In this document: in pieces, positions 1 through 11,243 of the stretch
Layout of the letters: every line of letters starts with the position of its first letter
How positions within the stretch are numbered: position 1 is the first letter of the stretch
Assembly (NCBI RefSeq): GCF_004010195.1
Contig: NC_057711.1
Coordinates: 72,567,175 to 72,630,861 of the forward strand
Length of the DNA: 63,687 nucleotides
Source of the DNA: Chiloscyllium plagiosum
Taxonomy: Eukaryota
Direction: 5' to 3'
Position numbers and translations under genes: made by a program
The notes under the pieces: model-generated
Database searches by the model: none
Told to the model about the DNA's origin: nothing
The model's input: the letters and a program-made list of their open reading frames with translations, nothing else

Positions 1-925
1 GGCCATCTATTTCAACTCCCCCTCCTACTCCGAGGACATACCCATTCTGGGCCTCCTCCACCCCCACCGACAGAACGCCACCCACAAAATGGAGGAGGAA
101 CACCTTATCTTCTACTTCGGGAGTCTATAACCCCACGGCATGAATATTGAATTCACCAGTTTCCAAATCTTCTCTCCCTCCACCCCATCCCACTTCCAAC
201 CCTCTGACTCAGATCCACACTCTTGATCTGACCTATCTGTCCATCTTCCCTCCCACCTATCCTCTCCACATTTCCCATCAACCTATTGCCATAACCTCCT
301 ACGTTTACCTACCTAACACTATCCCACCTACCTTCCCCCAAGCCCCACCCCTCCTTGCCCTCAGTTATCTCTCAGCCCCTTTCCTTCTCCACATTCCTGA
401 AGAAGAGCTTATGTCCAAAACATCTATTCTCCTGCTCCTTGGGAGCACTGATACAGTCATCGATGTAGCAGTGCACGAGGGACTGTTCTATGTATCCTAT
501 AAAGAGGCAGACATAGCTGGGACCCATACAGGTGCCCATAGCCACCCCTTTGGTTTGTAGGAAGTGGGAGGATTGAAAGGAGAAATTGTTGAGGGTAAGG
601 ACCAGTTCTGCCAATCGAATGAGAATATCGGTGGAAGAGGGCTAGCTGGGCCGGTGGGAAAGAAAGAAACAGAGGGCTTTGGGCCTTCCTTGTGGGGGAT
701 GCAGGTTTAGAAGGATTGGATGTCCACATCCCACCTAACTTTCCCCTACCTTCACTCTCTTCCATTTATCTCTCAGCCCCCTCCCTCCTCCCTAATCCTA
801 AAAAAGGGTTATGCCTGTAACGTCGACTCTCCTGCTGCTCAGATGCTGCCTGACGTGCTGTGCTTTTTCTAGTGCCACGCTTTATGCACTCTGACTCTCC
901 AGCATCTGCAGGCCTCACTTTCTCT
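1..925. mobile_element. Rearranged Penelope-like element (PLE) remnant: + GIY-YIG C-terminus/3' end, inverted RT core, second + 3' end
   Basis: ORF 372..614(-) has QTKGVAMGTCMGPSYVCLFIG...YIDDC (PLE RT motifs). 1-160 resembles the FNSPS..ILGLLH..EEEHLIF end seen in ORF 52128..52805. Two decayed hammerhead-like 3' ends at ~397 and ~797, the second ending ccagcatctgcaggcctcactttctc. Confidence 0.85.
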
Positions 926-1729
926 TAGTTGCTTTGAAACTGTCCAAGACATATGAACCTTTGCACTAGAAACTTGCTGATGAAATTCAACTGAATCTCA
1001 ATGTTAAAAATACTCAATGCACTCAGTTAATATACCCCCCTCATCAGATTGATGTTTATCATACCAGAGAGAACTAATGCTCATTCATTATCTAGAAAAT
1101 GTAGAACACATCATGTTTCATAAGTGACATTGACTGTTTAATCAGACTTTATTGGATTCCTTAAATCCTCATTGTCTGCTACACTCAGAAATCTCAAAAT
1201 ACCAGATATCAAAGACTTTTTACCAATTCAAAAGGGACATGTGGGTAGAGATAGGCATAACAACAAATTTTAACTATGTTACCTGGCAATAGACCTTCAA
1301 TTTAATAACAATGCATTTGGTTATTGAACTACATATGCCATTAATTGTGATAGGAACACAAATGATTTTTAATATATAAATATTTGAAAATATTTGAAAA
1401 AAATGCCTTGACTTTGGCTATAGCAAGCAAGATTTTGTTGAAAGTCTGTTAGCAATGTAACCAATTATGCCTTATGCAATATGCATTATTCTTTTAAAGC
1501 AGTATACTTTTATAAAGATGTAACAGTATAGAAAATCACACTAAAATACAGATGAGATGTTAGAGATATCTACATAAAAATGTGTCAATTTGTGTAACTT
1601 GTACACTGGCAAGGTCTTTGACTATATTGCCAAACAATACATTCAGGCTCCAAATAGTGTAAAAGATATAGAGGACCTAAAATTCTAAAAATGCATTCAG
1701 AAGAACTTTTTGTTCTTCTTCATTTGTTA

Positions 1730-2140
1730 CCATAAGACCATAAGACATAGGAGCAGAAATTAGGCCATTCAACCCATCGAATCTGCTCCACCGTTCAATC
1801 AAGGCTGATAAGTTTCTCTCCTGCTTTTTCCCCATAATTCTTGATCCCTTTGATACTCAGGAACCTATCTATCTCAGTCTTAGATATACTCAATGACCCG
1901 GCCCCCACAGCCTTCTGTGGCAGTGAATTCCATAGATTCACCACTCTCTGGCTGAAGAAGTTCCTTCTTATCTATGTTCTAAAAGGTCTTCCCTTTACTC
2001 CAAGGCTATACCCTTGGGTCCTAGTCTCCCCTATCAATGGAAAAATCTTCCCAACTTCTACTCTGTCCAGGCCATTCAGTTTTCTGTATGTTTCAATTAG
2101 ATGCCCCCTCATCCTTCTAACCTTCATCGAGTATAGAATG
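1730..2140 (-). mobile_element. CR1 LINE 3' fragment
   Basis: Starts with tail repeat cataagaccataagacatagg, followed by antisense CR1 ORF2 C-terminal sequence (gaattccatagattcaccactctctggctgaagaagttcc). Confidence 0.85.
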
Positions 2141-2174
2141 AAATCTATCAATCTTTCACCCCTTTCATACCGGT

Positions 2175-3190
2175 GACACTCAGGTTACATGCTTGTGATA
2201 TTTGAATCTGCAGTTGCATCAAATAATTTATTTGCACAGCTTAATAAACTTAATCTTGCAATCAAAGGTACAATTGAAATGGAACAATCAAATGATCTCT
2301 CTTCCCTCGACGTGTTAAATGAGAAATAGTTTCTCCACTGCTATCGACTGAAAATTTACTTTTATTGGTCAATGTATGTGATGAGATTCCTGTAATGTCA
2401 TCCACCACAAGACCAACCTTACTGCGACTCCTAGCCATCTGAAGGTGTCATATGCTTGATGCTAAGATAGAACATATCAAATCTATCCTGCCTGATAATG
2501 GCTATCTGATCAAATCATGACTTGCTGTATGTGGCACAAACTCATGAAAAGGTCTGCAGCCGCCATGTTTGACTTTAAATGGTGCTCAGCCTACCTCACA
2601 TTACTCAGGGGGGGAAGGTATTTAAAAAGTCTGAATATCAGTGAAGGTAACTGTCTCATGCTGCTACTTTGCAGTAAATGCAAATGGGCTTCTTCACTAA
2701 CAGGATGCTGCTATCAAGCTAAAATGATATTTTGTCTCCAACACAAAGGAGTAATGTGGTATGAATTTCAGTGCCAATGTGGTGTAAGCTTTGTCAGACA
2801 TACATTCTAACAACAGGCAGATTGTATTACACAGCACATTTATTTGATCATTCACAGTGGACTACATTCTGATCGAGGGCAAGCAGCCCATGCATGCAGA
2901 TCTCAGAATACCATATCCAACATTAAACATGATTTCACTATTAGACGGAATTTACTGCATAATCATAACTGTGCTAACAATTATATCAGAAACCAATTGA
3001 AGATTATCAGCCAGGTTTACAGTGAGATCTATTTGCAGGCACTCCAAGCTACTTGCATAACTTAGAAGACCCTTTTCTTTAAAAGTGAAAGGCATTCATT
3101 TCTACATCGCGACTTTTTAATTGAGAAAGAATCTGGGAGACTGCTTGTTGCATTCCTCATGTCAAAACACTGATTAATCAGAGTCTACCT
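2175..3190 (+). mobile_element. Old degenerate PLE (RT thumb + GIY-YIG endonuclease)
   Basis: Frameshifted translation gives EMEQSNDLSSLDVL, KFTFIGQ and VWYEFQCQCGVSFVRHT, similar to the PLE GIY-YIG VVYEFQCQC..YVGRT motif. Confidence 0.7.
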
Positions 3191-4439
3191 GCATGGTCTC
3201 ATTTTTTTCAGCTAATATTGACAGTTAACAAGATCTGTTGCATGTCCACACCACCCACAGTCCAAGCAATATGCACCTTTTTTACAATTTGTATAAATGG
3301 TATTTCTTTTCCAGGTGTGATTTCTGGGGCAACAGCTCCAATGACAGTAAGACAAAAGTCTTTGACTTTCCCATGAAAATACTGGGAGAGGTGAAATATC
3401 AAAAGGCTTTAAAAAGAAGTTTTTCAGGGCTATCGAGATTGTTCATACATACATACTATTAAACTCATGCCCACCATATTCAATCAGGTTTTACTTTTTC
3501 AAAGATGTCTATACCAGAACTAATAGTGTAAAAATATAAGTTTAGATTAATTCATGTGAACTCCTAGATTTCCACCTGCAAGGACTTCATTAGCTTGCAC
3601 TATGGAAGAGCAGGAAATCACTAATAGCTAGTTCGGTAATTCTCAAGTTTGCCTGTGCATTGATGGATGGCAGAAGTTGCTGTCAGCTTCACATTTTTAC
3701 TGGTCTCTGCTCAAATCTCTGCTCACAAAAGTTAAATGTTTACAAATTAATTTTATTCCCCTGAAAGCTAGGATAGTATTCTATCAGATCTTGGAGACAA
3801 GCAACAGAATGCAGAAGCAACAAACTAAGGAATAGAACGATTTAAGCAAACAAAGTGCAAGAACTCCAAGATTAACAAGATCAATGAAGCAATTTTGTAA
3901 GGCACGCAAACAATGGTATGAATGAAAGTTCTGTTTTTCTTGCCTATTACTTCTCATGACACTCAAGCAATCTTTATGTATATGCATTGGCAATCTTCCA
4001 GTACTTTGATCAGATTGGCATCTTTCATGAATGAATTTAGGCAGACTATTGTTGATGTGTGTCCTTTATTCTTTTCATATGTTTCTCAAAACAAACACAT
4101 ATACTTTGTGGTGCAATGTACTTTATCATCAGTTTTTACGTAGAGATAAACTTAGATCAGCACAGTAAGGCCAAAACATGTTCATTTTGATTTTTCATTG
4201 GGATTTGTGGATGAAAGTATATCATAATCCCCAGCCCTCCATCCTTTCATTCCTCAACTGACCAATTGTCAGACTCACTCCCCTCACTTTGCAGATCCTC
4301 CACCACCAGAGTTCATTAACCGTCAGACTCTTGACCAATAATAACTTGTTAACTCAATGCTGAGAATTCACCACCTCTCACTGACTCTGCACTCTCATAA
4401 GCCCAGGATCTGTCCAAAACAAAAACAGCAAACCTGTCG

Positions 4440-5145
4440 ATTCAACAGTTTTTATGATTCTCAAGATGTTTCAAAGTGCCATTAATTACTGCAGTTAATT
4501 AAGCATTTTACAGTTACACCTGTAATATATAGAACAATACAGCACAGAACAGGCCCTTCGGCCCATGATGTTGTGCCGAACATTTGTCCTAGCAAATATA
4601 TAGAAAATATATTTTCTGCAACCAAAATGCACATAGCAAGATACCACAATTAGCCTGTGATAAAGATCAGATAAATCACATATATAGACCAGAACACCAG
4701 GAAAAGCTCCTCTGCTCGGCAAAAGTGAGGACTGCAGATGCTGGAAACCAGAGTTTAGATTAGAGTGGTGCTGGAAAAACTCAGCAGGTCAGACAGCATC
4801 CAAGGAGCAGGAAAATTGATGTTTCAGGCAAAAGCCCTTCATCAGACCATTCCTAATGAAGAGCTTTTGCCCGAAATGTTGATTTTCCTGCTCCCCAAAT
4901 GCTGCCTGAACTGCTGTGCTTTTCCAGCACCACTCTAATCATAGCTCCTCTGATTCACTTTGAAATAACAGAGGCAGTCACCGCTTCACTTTAATGGCTC
5001 ATTCAAATGATGACTCCCAATAACCCTCCTTCAGCACTGTACTAGGATTATCATTTTAGGCTTGTGGTCAAACCTCTGAAGCAGGAGTTGAACCCACACC
5101 TTTCTGACTTGGAGGTGATAATTGTGCTCTCTGTGCCATGGACCC
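4440..5145 (-). mobile_element. Deu-domain (SacSINE1-like) tRNA-derived SINE, interrupted by a CR1-type tail (~4528-4595) and a PLE fold-back (4718-4940)
   Basis: Antisense B-box-containing head gagttgaacccacacctttctgactt at ~5085-5110 and Deu-like core ccagaacaccaggaaaagctcctctgctc. Similar to the + copy at 17870-18270. Confidence 0.55.
4718..4940. mobile_element. Short fold-back PLE (family 1) insertion with two decayed hammerhead motifs
   Basis: Inverted arms ~4758-4845 and ~4853-4940, 40-nt unpaired tail 4718-4757, flanked by a decayed direct repeat agctcctctg. Confidence 0.85.
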
Positions 5146-5779
5146 AGCACACAACTGAGTTCTAACTGAATTCTGAACAGACTTCTTTCTTAGTCTCTGA
5201 GACAAGAAAATGCTTATTGTTTGTTTGGGGATCTTTCTTTCAGTCCCAGCCTCTTCCTTCCTCTGAGGTAAAGCCTTGGTATCAAAGGTGACTTGCTTCC
5301 ACTTTGGTTTAATGCTTTCTGAGATAGCTAACAAGTCTAAAGTATGACTCCAAGCTCCCACACTCCACCTCTCTCCCTAGCCCTTTCTATATTTCATTGA
5401 AATGGGTTAATATTTCTTTGAGCTCCTTTATTCCTTCTATGCTGCAAATTCCTCATCCCTGCATATCCATCCTCCTCACAGCATCCTAACTGAGGGGACC
5501 TGATACAAATCTTAATAAGGTCAATAGGATAGAGGTACAGTACATGTTTTCACAAGAAGGTGAAATAAGAGCTATGGGTCAAAAACATAAGATAGCTACA
5601 AGTAAATCCAGTACTGAATTTAGAAGAAATGTTTTTACTGAGATCATGTCTCCCTGACCTCATGCTAATTATTCTCTGGAGATTAAAAGTGCCATAGCGA
5701 GTCCCTGGAACATTGTTTTTGGAAATAGCAAATAGCACATTGTGGTTTTCAAAGAAATGAAACCTTTTCATGATGAGAC

Positions 5780-6880
5780 CTGTACTTGACAGAAGTCCCA
5801 CATGGGAATTGATAAAGTAAACAAAATCTTGTGGGATCCAGGATGACATGGCAGATTGGATCCAAAATTGGCAGGAGAGAGCAGGCAGTGGGAGAAGGCT
5901 AAGTATGTGACTGAAGCCTGGTGTCCAGTGTTGTACCACAGGGATCAGTTTGGGTCCCTGATTGATTGAGATATTCATAAATAATGAAGATGAGAATGTG
6001 AGGGGATGATAAGTAAGTCTGCAAATGATACAAAGACTGGCTGAATGGTTGACAGTGAATAGGAAGGTTCAAAGTTGCAGGAAGATATATACTGGTTGGT
6101 CAGATAGACAGAGCAGTGACAGTAATCCTGATAAATGTGAAGTAATGCACTTTGGAAGAAGAAACAAGACATGGGAGCACTCACTGAATGGCAGGGCACT
6201 AAGTAGCTAAGAGGAACAGAAGAATCCTGGGATGCTTGTCCTCAGATCCCTTAGGTGACTGGACAGGCTACTAAGGCATACAGAATGTTTGCCTTTATCA
6301 GTTGAGGTTCAATTTAGAAGAGCAGGGAGGTTATGTTAGAGCAGAACAAAACTTTGTTTAGGCATCAGCTGGAGTACTGTGTGCAGTTCTGGCCACCACA
6401 CCATTGCATTGGAGGGTGTGCAGAGCAAATTCACCAGGATGTTAACTGGAATGGAGCAGTTCAGCTGTGAAGAAAGACTAGATATCTTTGGAGCAGGAAA
6501 AAAAAATTAGGGGAGACCTGACACCACATGTAAAAGGATGTGAGAGCATGGACAAGGTGAATAGAAAGCAGCTGTTCCCTCTAACCAAAGAGTCAAGAAC
6601 AGGGGGACACACTTTCAAAGTGAATGATAGGAGGTTTAGAGGGGATTTGAGAAAAACATTTTCACCCAGAGGATGATGAGAGTATGGAATGCACTACCTG
6701 AGGGAGTAGTTGAGGTGCATAACCTCACAATCTATAATGAGCACTCGAAGTGTCATAACATCAAGATTATAGGCCCACTGCCGGACGTGGGATTAGAATA
6801 GGAAGCAGTATATTTTTGGCAGTACAGACTTGATGGGCTGAAGGACCTCTTCTGTATTGTATGATTTTATAACTCTATGA
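5780..6880 (+). mobile_element. CR1 LINE, 5'-truncated and decayed (RT C-terminal half)
   Basis: Motifs VPQGSVWVP, SKSANDTK, NPDKCEVMHFGRRN, LEYCVQFWPP, TGGHTFKV; ends in tatgattttataactctatga tail. Confidence 0.9.
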
Positions 6881-9100
6881 TCCTGAAATGCTTGCGTAGG
6901 TTCCTGTTCTCTAGTTGGCCTGAGGTCATATCCCTAACATGTGAAGATTGGAACAGAGCAAATTGCAGCCTTTATTCCATAATCTACATTCAAATGAGAG
7001 CCTTAATTCCATATTCAACATTCAAACAGTAGCCTTAATTCCATGTTCTATACAATGGGATGGACATAAAAGTATATTAACAGTTGCCCACTGGGAGTTG
7101 ATGCCAGTGAACACAATGGAAGAGTTCCCCATTCCAACCTTTATCTACCTCACACCATAAGACAATTCTACACTGATGATCCTACTTTGGGAATCACAGC
7201 TTGCTTGAAAGAACATTTTTACTTTGGTCTAATGTTATTTCCAGTTGTTTTATTTTCATGTTGCAATCTTATCATAAATCTGTCATTAGAACACTATGAT
7301 TTAATATTCATTTTAGACTGCATGTTTTGAGTACATAGTGACCCTTGTAACAATGGTGAGGTTTGTAAGATTATTATGTTTTGGGACTGTCTTTTATGTT
7401 GAAGTGAAGAGTTATGTGATCTGTGCTGAAATCTATTAGCAAATCTGGTTGGTTTGATTATTAACAATTCGAGGGGTTGAAATTGTTTTGCTGAAAAGGT
7501 GCTTGGAGACAAATAGAAACAATCTGTCTGCTGACATGGAGACTGATTTCTGCAAAGATTGTTCTGGAAAAATGTTGTAAACTGCTATACTTTAAACGAT
7601 CATCTTAGTTCCAAAATGCAAGAGAGTTGAATGTGTTAACATGTTAAAATATAAAATCCTGACATAGCAGCCTTTCCACTAATAACTGGAAATTTGAATT
7701 TCTTTTTAACAGTTATTGGTCTGTGCAGTGATGAGCTTGATCTGTAATGTTTGATTTTAAGACTTATAAAAATTGTAAATCTTAATCTGTTTTTGGGAAC
7801 TTTTAATAGTGAATAGGTGAGGCTTTTTTTATTTTACTGAGATCTGACTCTTGCTTAAATTTTTAAGTTAAAAGATAGGCATTAAGTTATCTTAAAGCAG
7901 TGTTTTTAAGCAGTAAGACTTTGTTAAATGCTAAATTTTTGAGAAAGTATGCTTTTTTGGTATATTTTAGGTCTGCAGATTATTTAAGGAGCAGAGATGA
8001 TCTTTAGTAGAGTGACATGCTCTTCCTGTTGGATGTGGGAGTTAGGGAGAATTTCAATGTTTCTGGAAATTATATCTGCAGGAAATGTGTTTGGTTATGA
8101 ATCCTGTTGGATCACATGAATCAATTGAAGTGACTGTTAGAGGCAATAAGGAATTTACATGAACCAAGGAGTGTGATGGATGGCAGTTTCAGAAAGTTAG
8201 AAAAAAACAGCACGCACAGTCAGGTACATGGGTGACCACTAGGAAAGATCATAGGGGTGGGCAGGTAGTGCAGGGGTCTCCTGTGGCCATCCCCATCTCA
8301 AATGTATGTCGTTTCGGAAAATGTAAGGAGGGATGGCTTCTCAAGGGAATGCAGCACTGACAGCCAGGGTTTCTGGTACCTAGACTAGCTTTGCCAGATA
8401 AGGGGTATATCAGGTTCCAAGTGATTGATTGTGACAGGGGACTATTTAGTCAGGGGCATAGATAGATGTCCTGTGGCTGACAACGAGACATCAGAATGGT
8501 GTGTTGCCTCCCTGCTGACAGGATCAAAGATGTCACTACGGAGTTGCAGAATATTGTCAAAAGGGGAGTGATCAGCAGAAGGTTGTTGTACACATTGGTA
8601 TCAATGACATAGGAGGAGAAAGGGACAAGGCTCTGCAGACAGAATATAGGATATTAAGCAGGAGATTAAAACGTAGGTCCTCAAGGGTAGTAATATCTGC
8701 ATTGCTCCCAATGTCATGTGCTAGTGAGAGTGAGAGTAGGAATAGGAAGATAGATCAGATAAATGAATGGCTGAGAAGCTGGTGCATGGGACAGGGATTC
8801 CCATTTTTGGATCAATATAATCTCTTCTGGGATAGAAGTGATCTGTATAAGAAAGATGGTTGCACCTGATTTGGAATGGCACCAATATTTTGGTGGGGAG
8901 AGATGTTAGAGCTGCTCTGGAGGCTTTAAACTCATAAGAGAGTGGGAGTGGGGGATAGGGGTTATCAAAGAAAATAGTGAGAAAAGACATTAGAAAAGAA
9001 AACCAAGATCAATAGTCAAGTCAGGCAAGAGCAAGGCAGAGAACAAGGTAAGGCTGATAAATTAAACTGCATTTATTTCAAAGCAATAAGTTTGACAGGT

Positions 9101-9230
9101 ACTGAAAACAGCAAATGCTGGAGATCACAGTGATTCAGGGAGCATCCATTGAGAGAGAGCAAACTAACATTTCAAGTCCAGATGACCCTTCATCAGTACA
9201 GATTCTAGCATCTGCAGTAATGTGCTCCTA
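9101..9230 (-). mobile_element. Short PLE-terminus insertion (family 4) inside CR1, with hammerhead-like motif
   Basis: Interrupts the APE-coding region. Minus strand reads CTGATGA-AGGGTC-atctg-GACTT-GAAATGTT. Ends tagcatctgcagtaatgtgct. Decayed TSD gtttgacaggta/gtcggataggta. Confidence 0.7.
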
Positions 9231-10867
9231 GTCGGATAGGTAAGGCAAATGAACTCAGAGCATGGTCAGGAACTAGGGACTGGGATATCATAGAGATTTC
9301 AGAAATGTGGCTCAGGGAGGGGTAGGAATGGCAACTTAATATTCCATGGTATAGATGCTATAAGAAGGGCAGGGGAGAGGGTCAGGAGGTGAAGGGGAAT
9401 GGTGTTTTTGGTTAAAGATCACATTACAGCCATATGGATACCCCTGAGAGAATGTCCAGTGAAGTTATATGGGTGGAACTGAGAAAAAAGAAAGGGATGA
9501 TCACCTTACTGGAATTATGTTTCAGGTCCCGAATAGTCAGTGGGAAATTGAGAAGTAAATATGTAAGGAGACCTTAGATATCTGAGAGAATAATAGGATT
9601 GTAATGGTAGGGGATTTTCATTTTCCAGTCATAGACTGGAACTGCCATCATGTTAAGAAGTGTAGAGTTTGTAAAGTATGTGCAAGAAAAAAATTCTTAT
9701 TCAGTATGTGGATGTACCTACTAGAGAAGAAGAAAAACTTGACCTTCTCTTGGGAAATAAGGCAGGGCAGGTGACTTAGGTGTCAGTGGGGGAGCACTTT
9801 GGGGCCAATGACCATAATTCTATTAGTTTTAAAGTAATTATAGAAATGGGTAGACCTGATCTAAAAGTTAAAATTCTAATTTGGAGTAAGTCCAATTTTG
9901 ACAGTTTTAGGCAAGAATTTTCAAAAGTTGATTGGGAGAGGCTATTCATAGGTAAGGGAATGGGTGGAAAGCGGGGGACCTTCAAAAATGAGATAACAAG
10001 AGTTCAAGGACAGTATGCTCCTGTCAGTGCAAAGGGCATGCTTGGTAGGTGTAGAGAATGCTGGATGACAAAAGAAATTGAGGCTCTTATCAAGAAAAAG
10101 AAGGACACTTATGGGAGACAGCTGAGATCGAGTGAATCCCCAGAGGAATATACGGGCATTAGAAGTATACTTAAGAGGAAAATCTGGAGGCGGAAAGGGG
10201 ACATGAGATAGCTTTGGCAAATAGAGTTAAGGAGAATCCAAAGAGATTCTACAAATACATCAAGGACAAAAGGGTAACTAGAGAGCGAATTTGGCCCCTG
10301 AAAGATCAACAACATTGTTTGTGTGTGAAACCATAGGAGATGGATGAGATACTAAATGAGTATTTCCCACCAGTATTTATGGTGGAGAAGGATATGGAGC
10401 AAGAGAACTTGGGGAAATAAGTAATGATATCTTGAAATGTGTCCATATTACAGAGGAGGATGAGGCACTGAATGACTTAAAATGCATAAAGGTGGATAAA
10501 TCTCCAGGACTGGATCACATGTGTCCCAGAACATTATGGGGAAGTTAGGGAAGTGATTGCTGGACCCCTTGCAGAGATATTTATATCATTGATTGCCTTG
10601 ATTGAGATGTTGGAAGACTGGAGGTTGACTAATATGGTGCCATTATTTAAGAAAGGTGGGATGGAAAAGCCAGGAACGATAGACTAGTGAGCCTGATGTC
10701 AGTGGTGGGTAAGGTGTTGGAGTGGTTTCTGAGGGACAAGATTTAGATGCATTTCGAAAGGCAAGGACTAATTAGGGATAGTCAATACAGCTTTGTGAAT
10801 GGAATGTCATGTCTCATTAACATGATTGCATTTTTTGATGGACTTCAGCTAGGTGTTAGACAAGGTT

Positions 10868-11243
10868 CTGAAAATGTGTTGCTGGAACATCGCAGCAGGT
10901 CAGGCAACATCCAGGGAATAGGAGAATCGACGTTTCGGGCATAAGTCCTTCTTCAGGAATGAGGAAAGTGTGTCCAGCAGGCTAAGATAAAAGGTAGGGA
11001 GGAGGGACTTGGGGGAGGGGTGTTGAAAATGCGATAGGTATCGCATTTCCAACGCTCCTCCCCCAAGTCCCTCCTCCCTATCTTTTATCTTAGCCTGCTG
11101 GACACACTTTCCTCATTCCTGAAGAAGGGCTTATGCCCGAAACGTCGATTCTCCTATTCCCTGGATGTTGTCTGACCTGCTGCGCTGTTCCAGCAACACA
11201 TTTTCAGCTCTGATCTCCAGCATCTGCAGACCTCACTTTCTCC
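10868..11243. mobile_element. Fold-back PLE (family 1) insertion with 13-bp TSD
   Basis: 169-bp inverted arms 10868-11036 and 11039-11207 with a 2-nt loop, 36-nt tail, TSD gttagacaaggtt at 10855-10867 and 11244-11256. Confidence 0.95.
11115..11150 (+). ncRNA. Minimal type I hammerhead ribozyme motif (PLE family 1)
   Basis: attc-CTGAAGA-A-GGGC-ttat-GCCC-GAA-ACGT-C|gatt: intact core, 4-bp stem II, palindromic ACGU stem III, GUC cleavage triplet. Confidence 0.8.
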
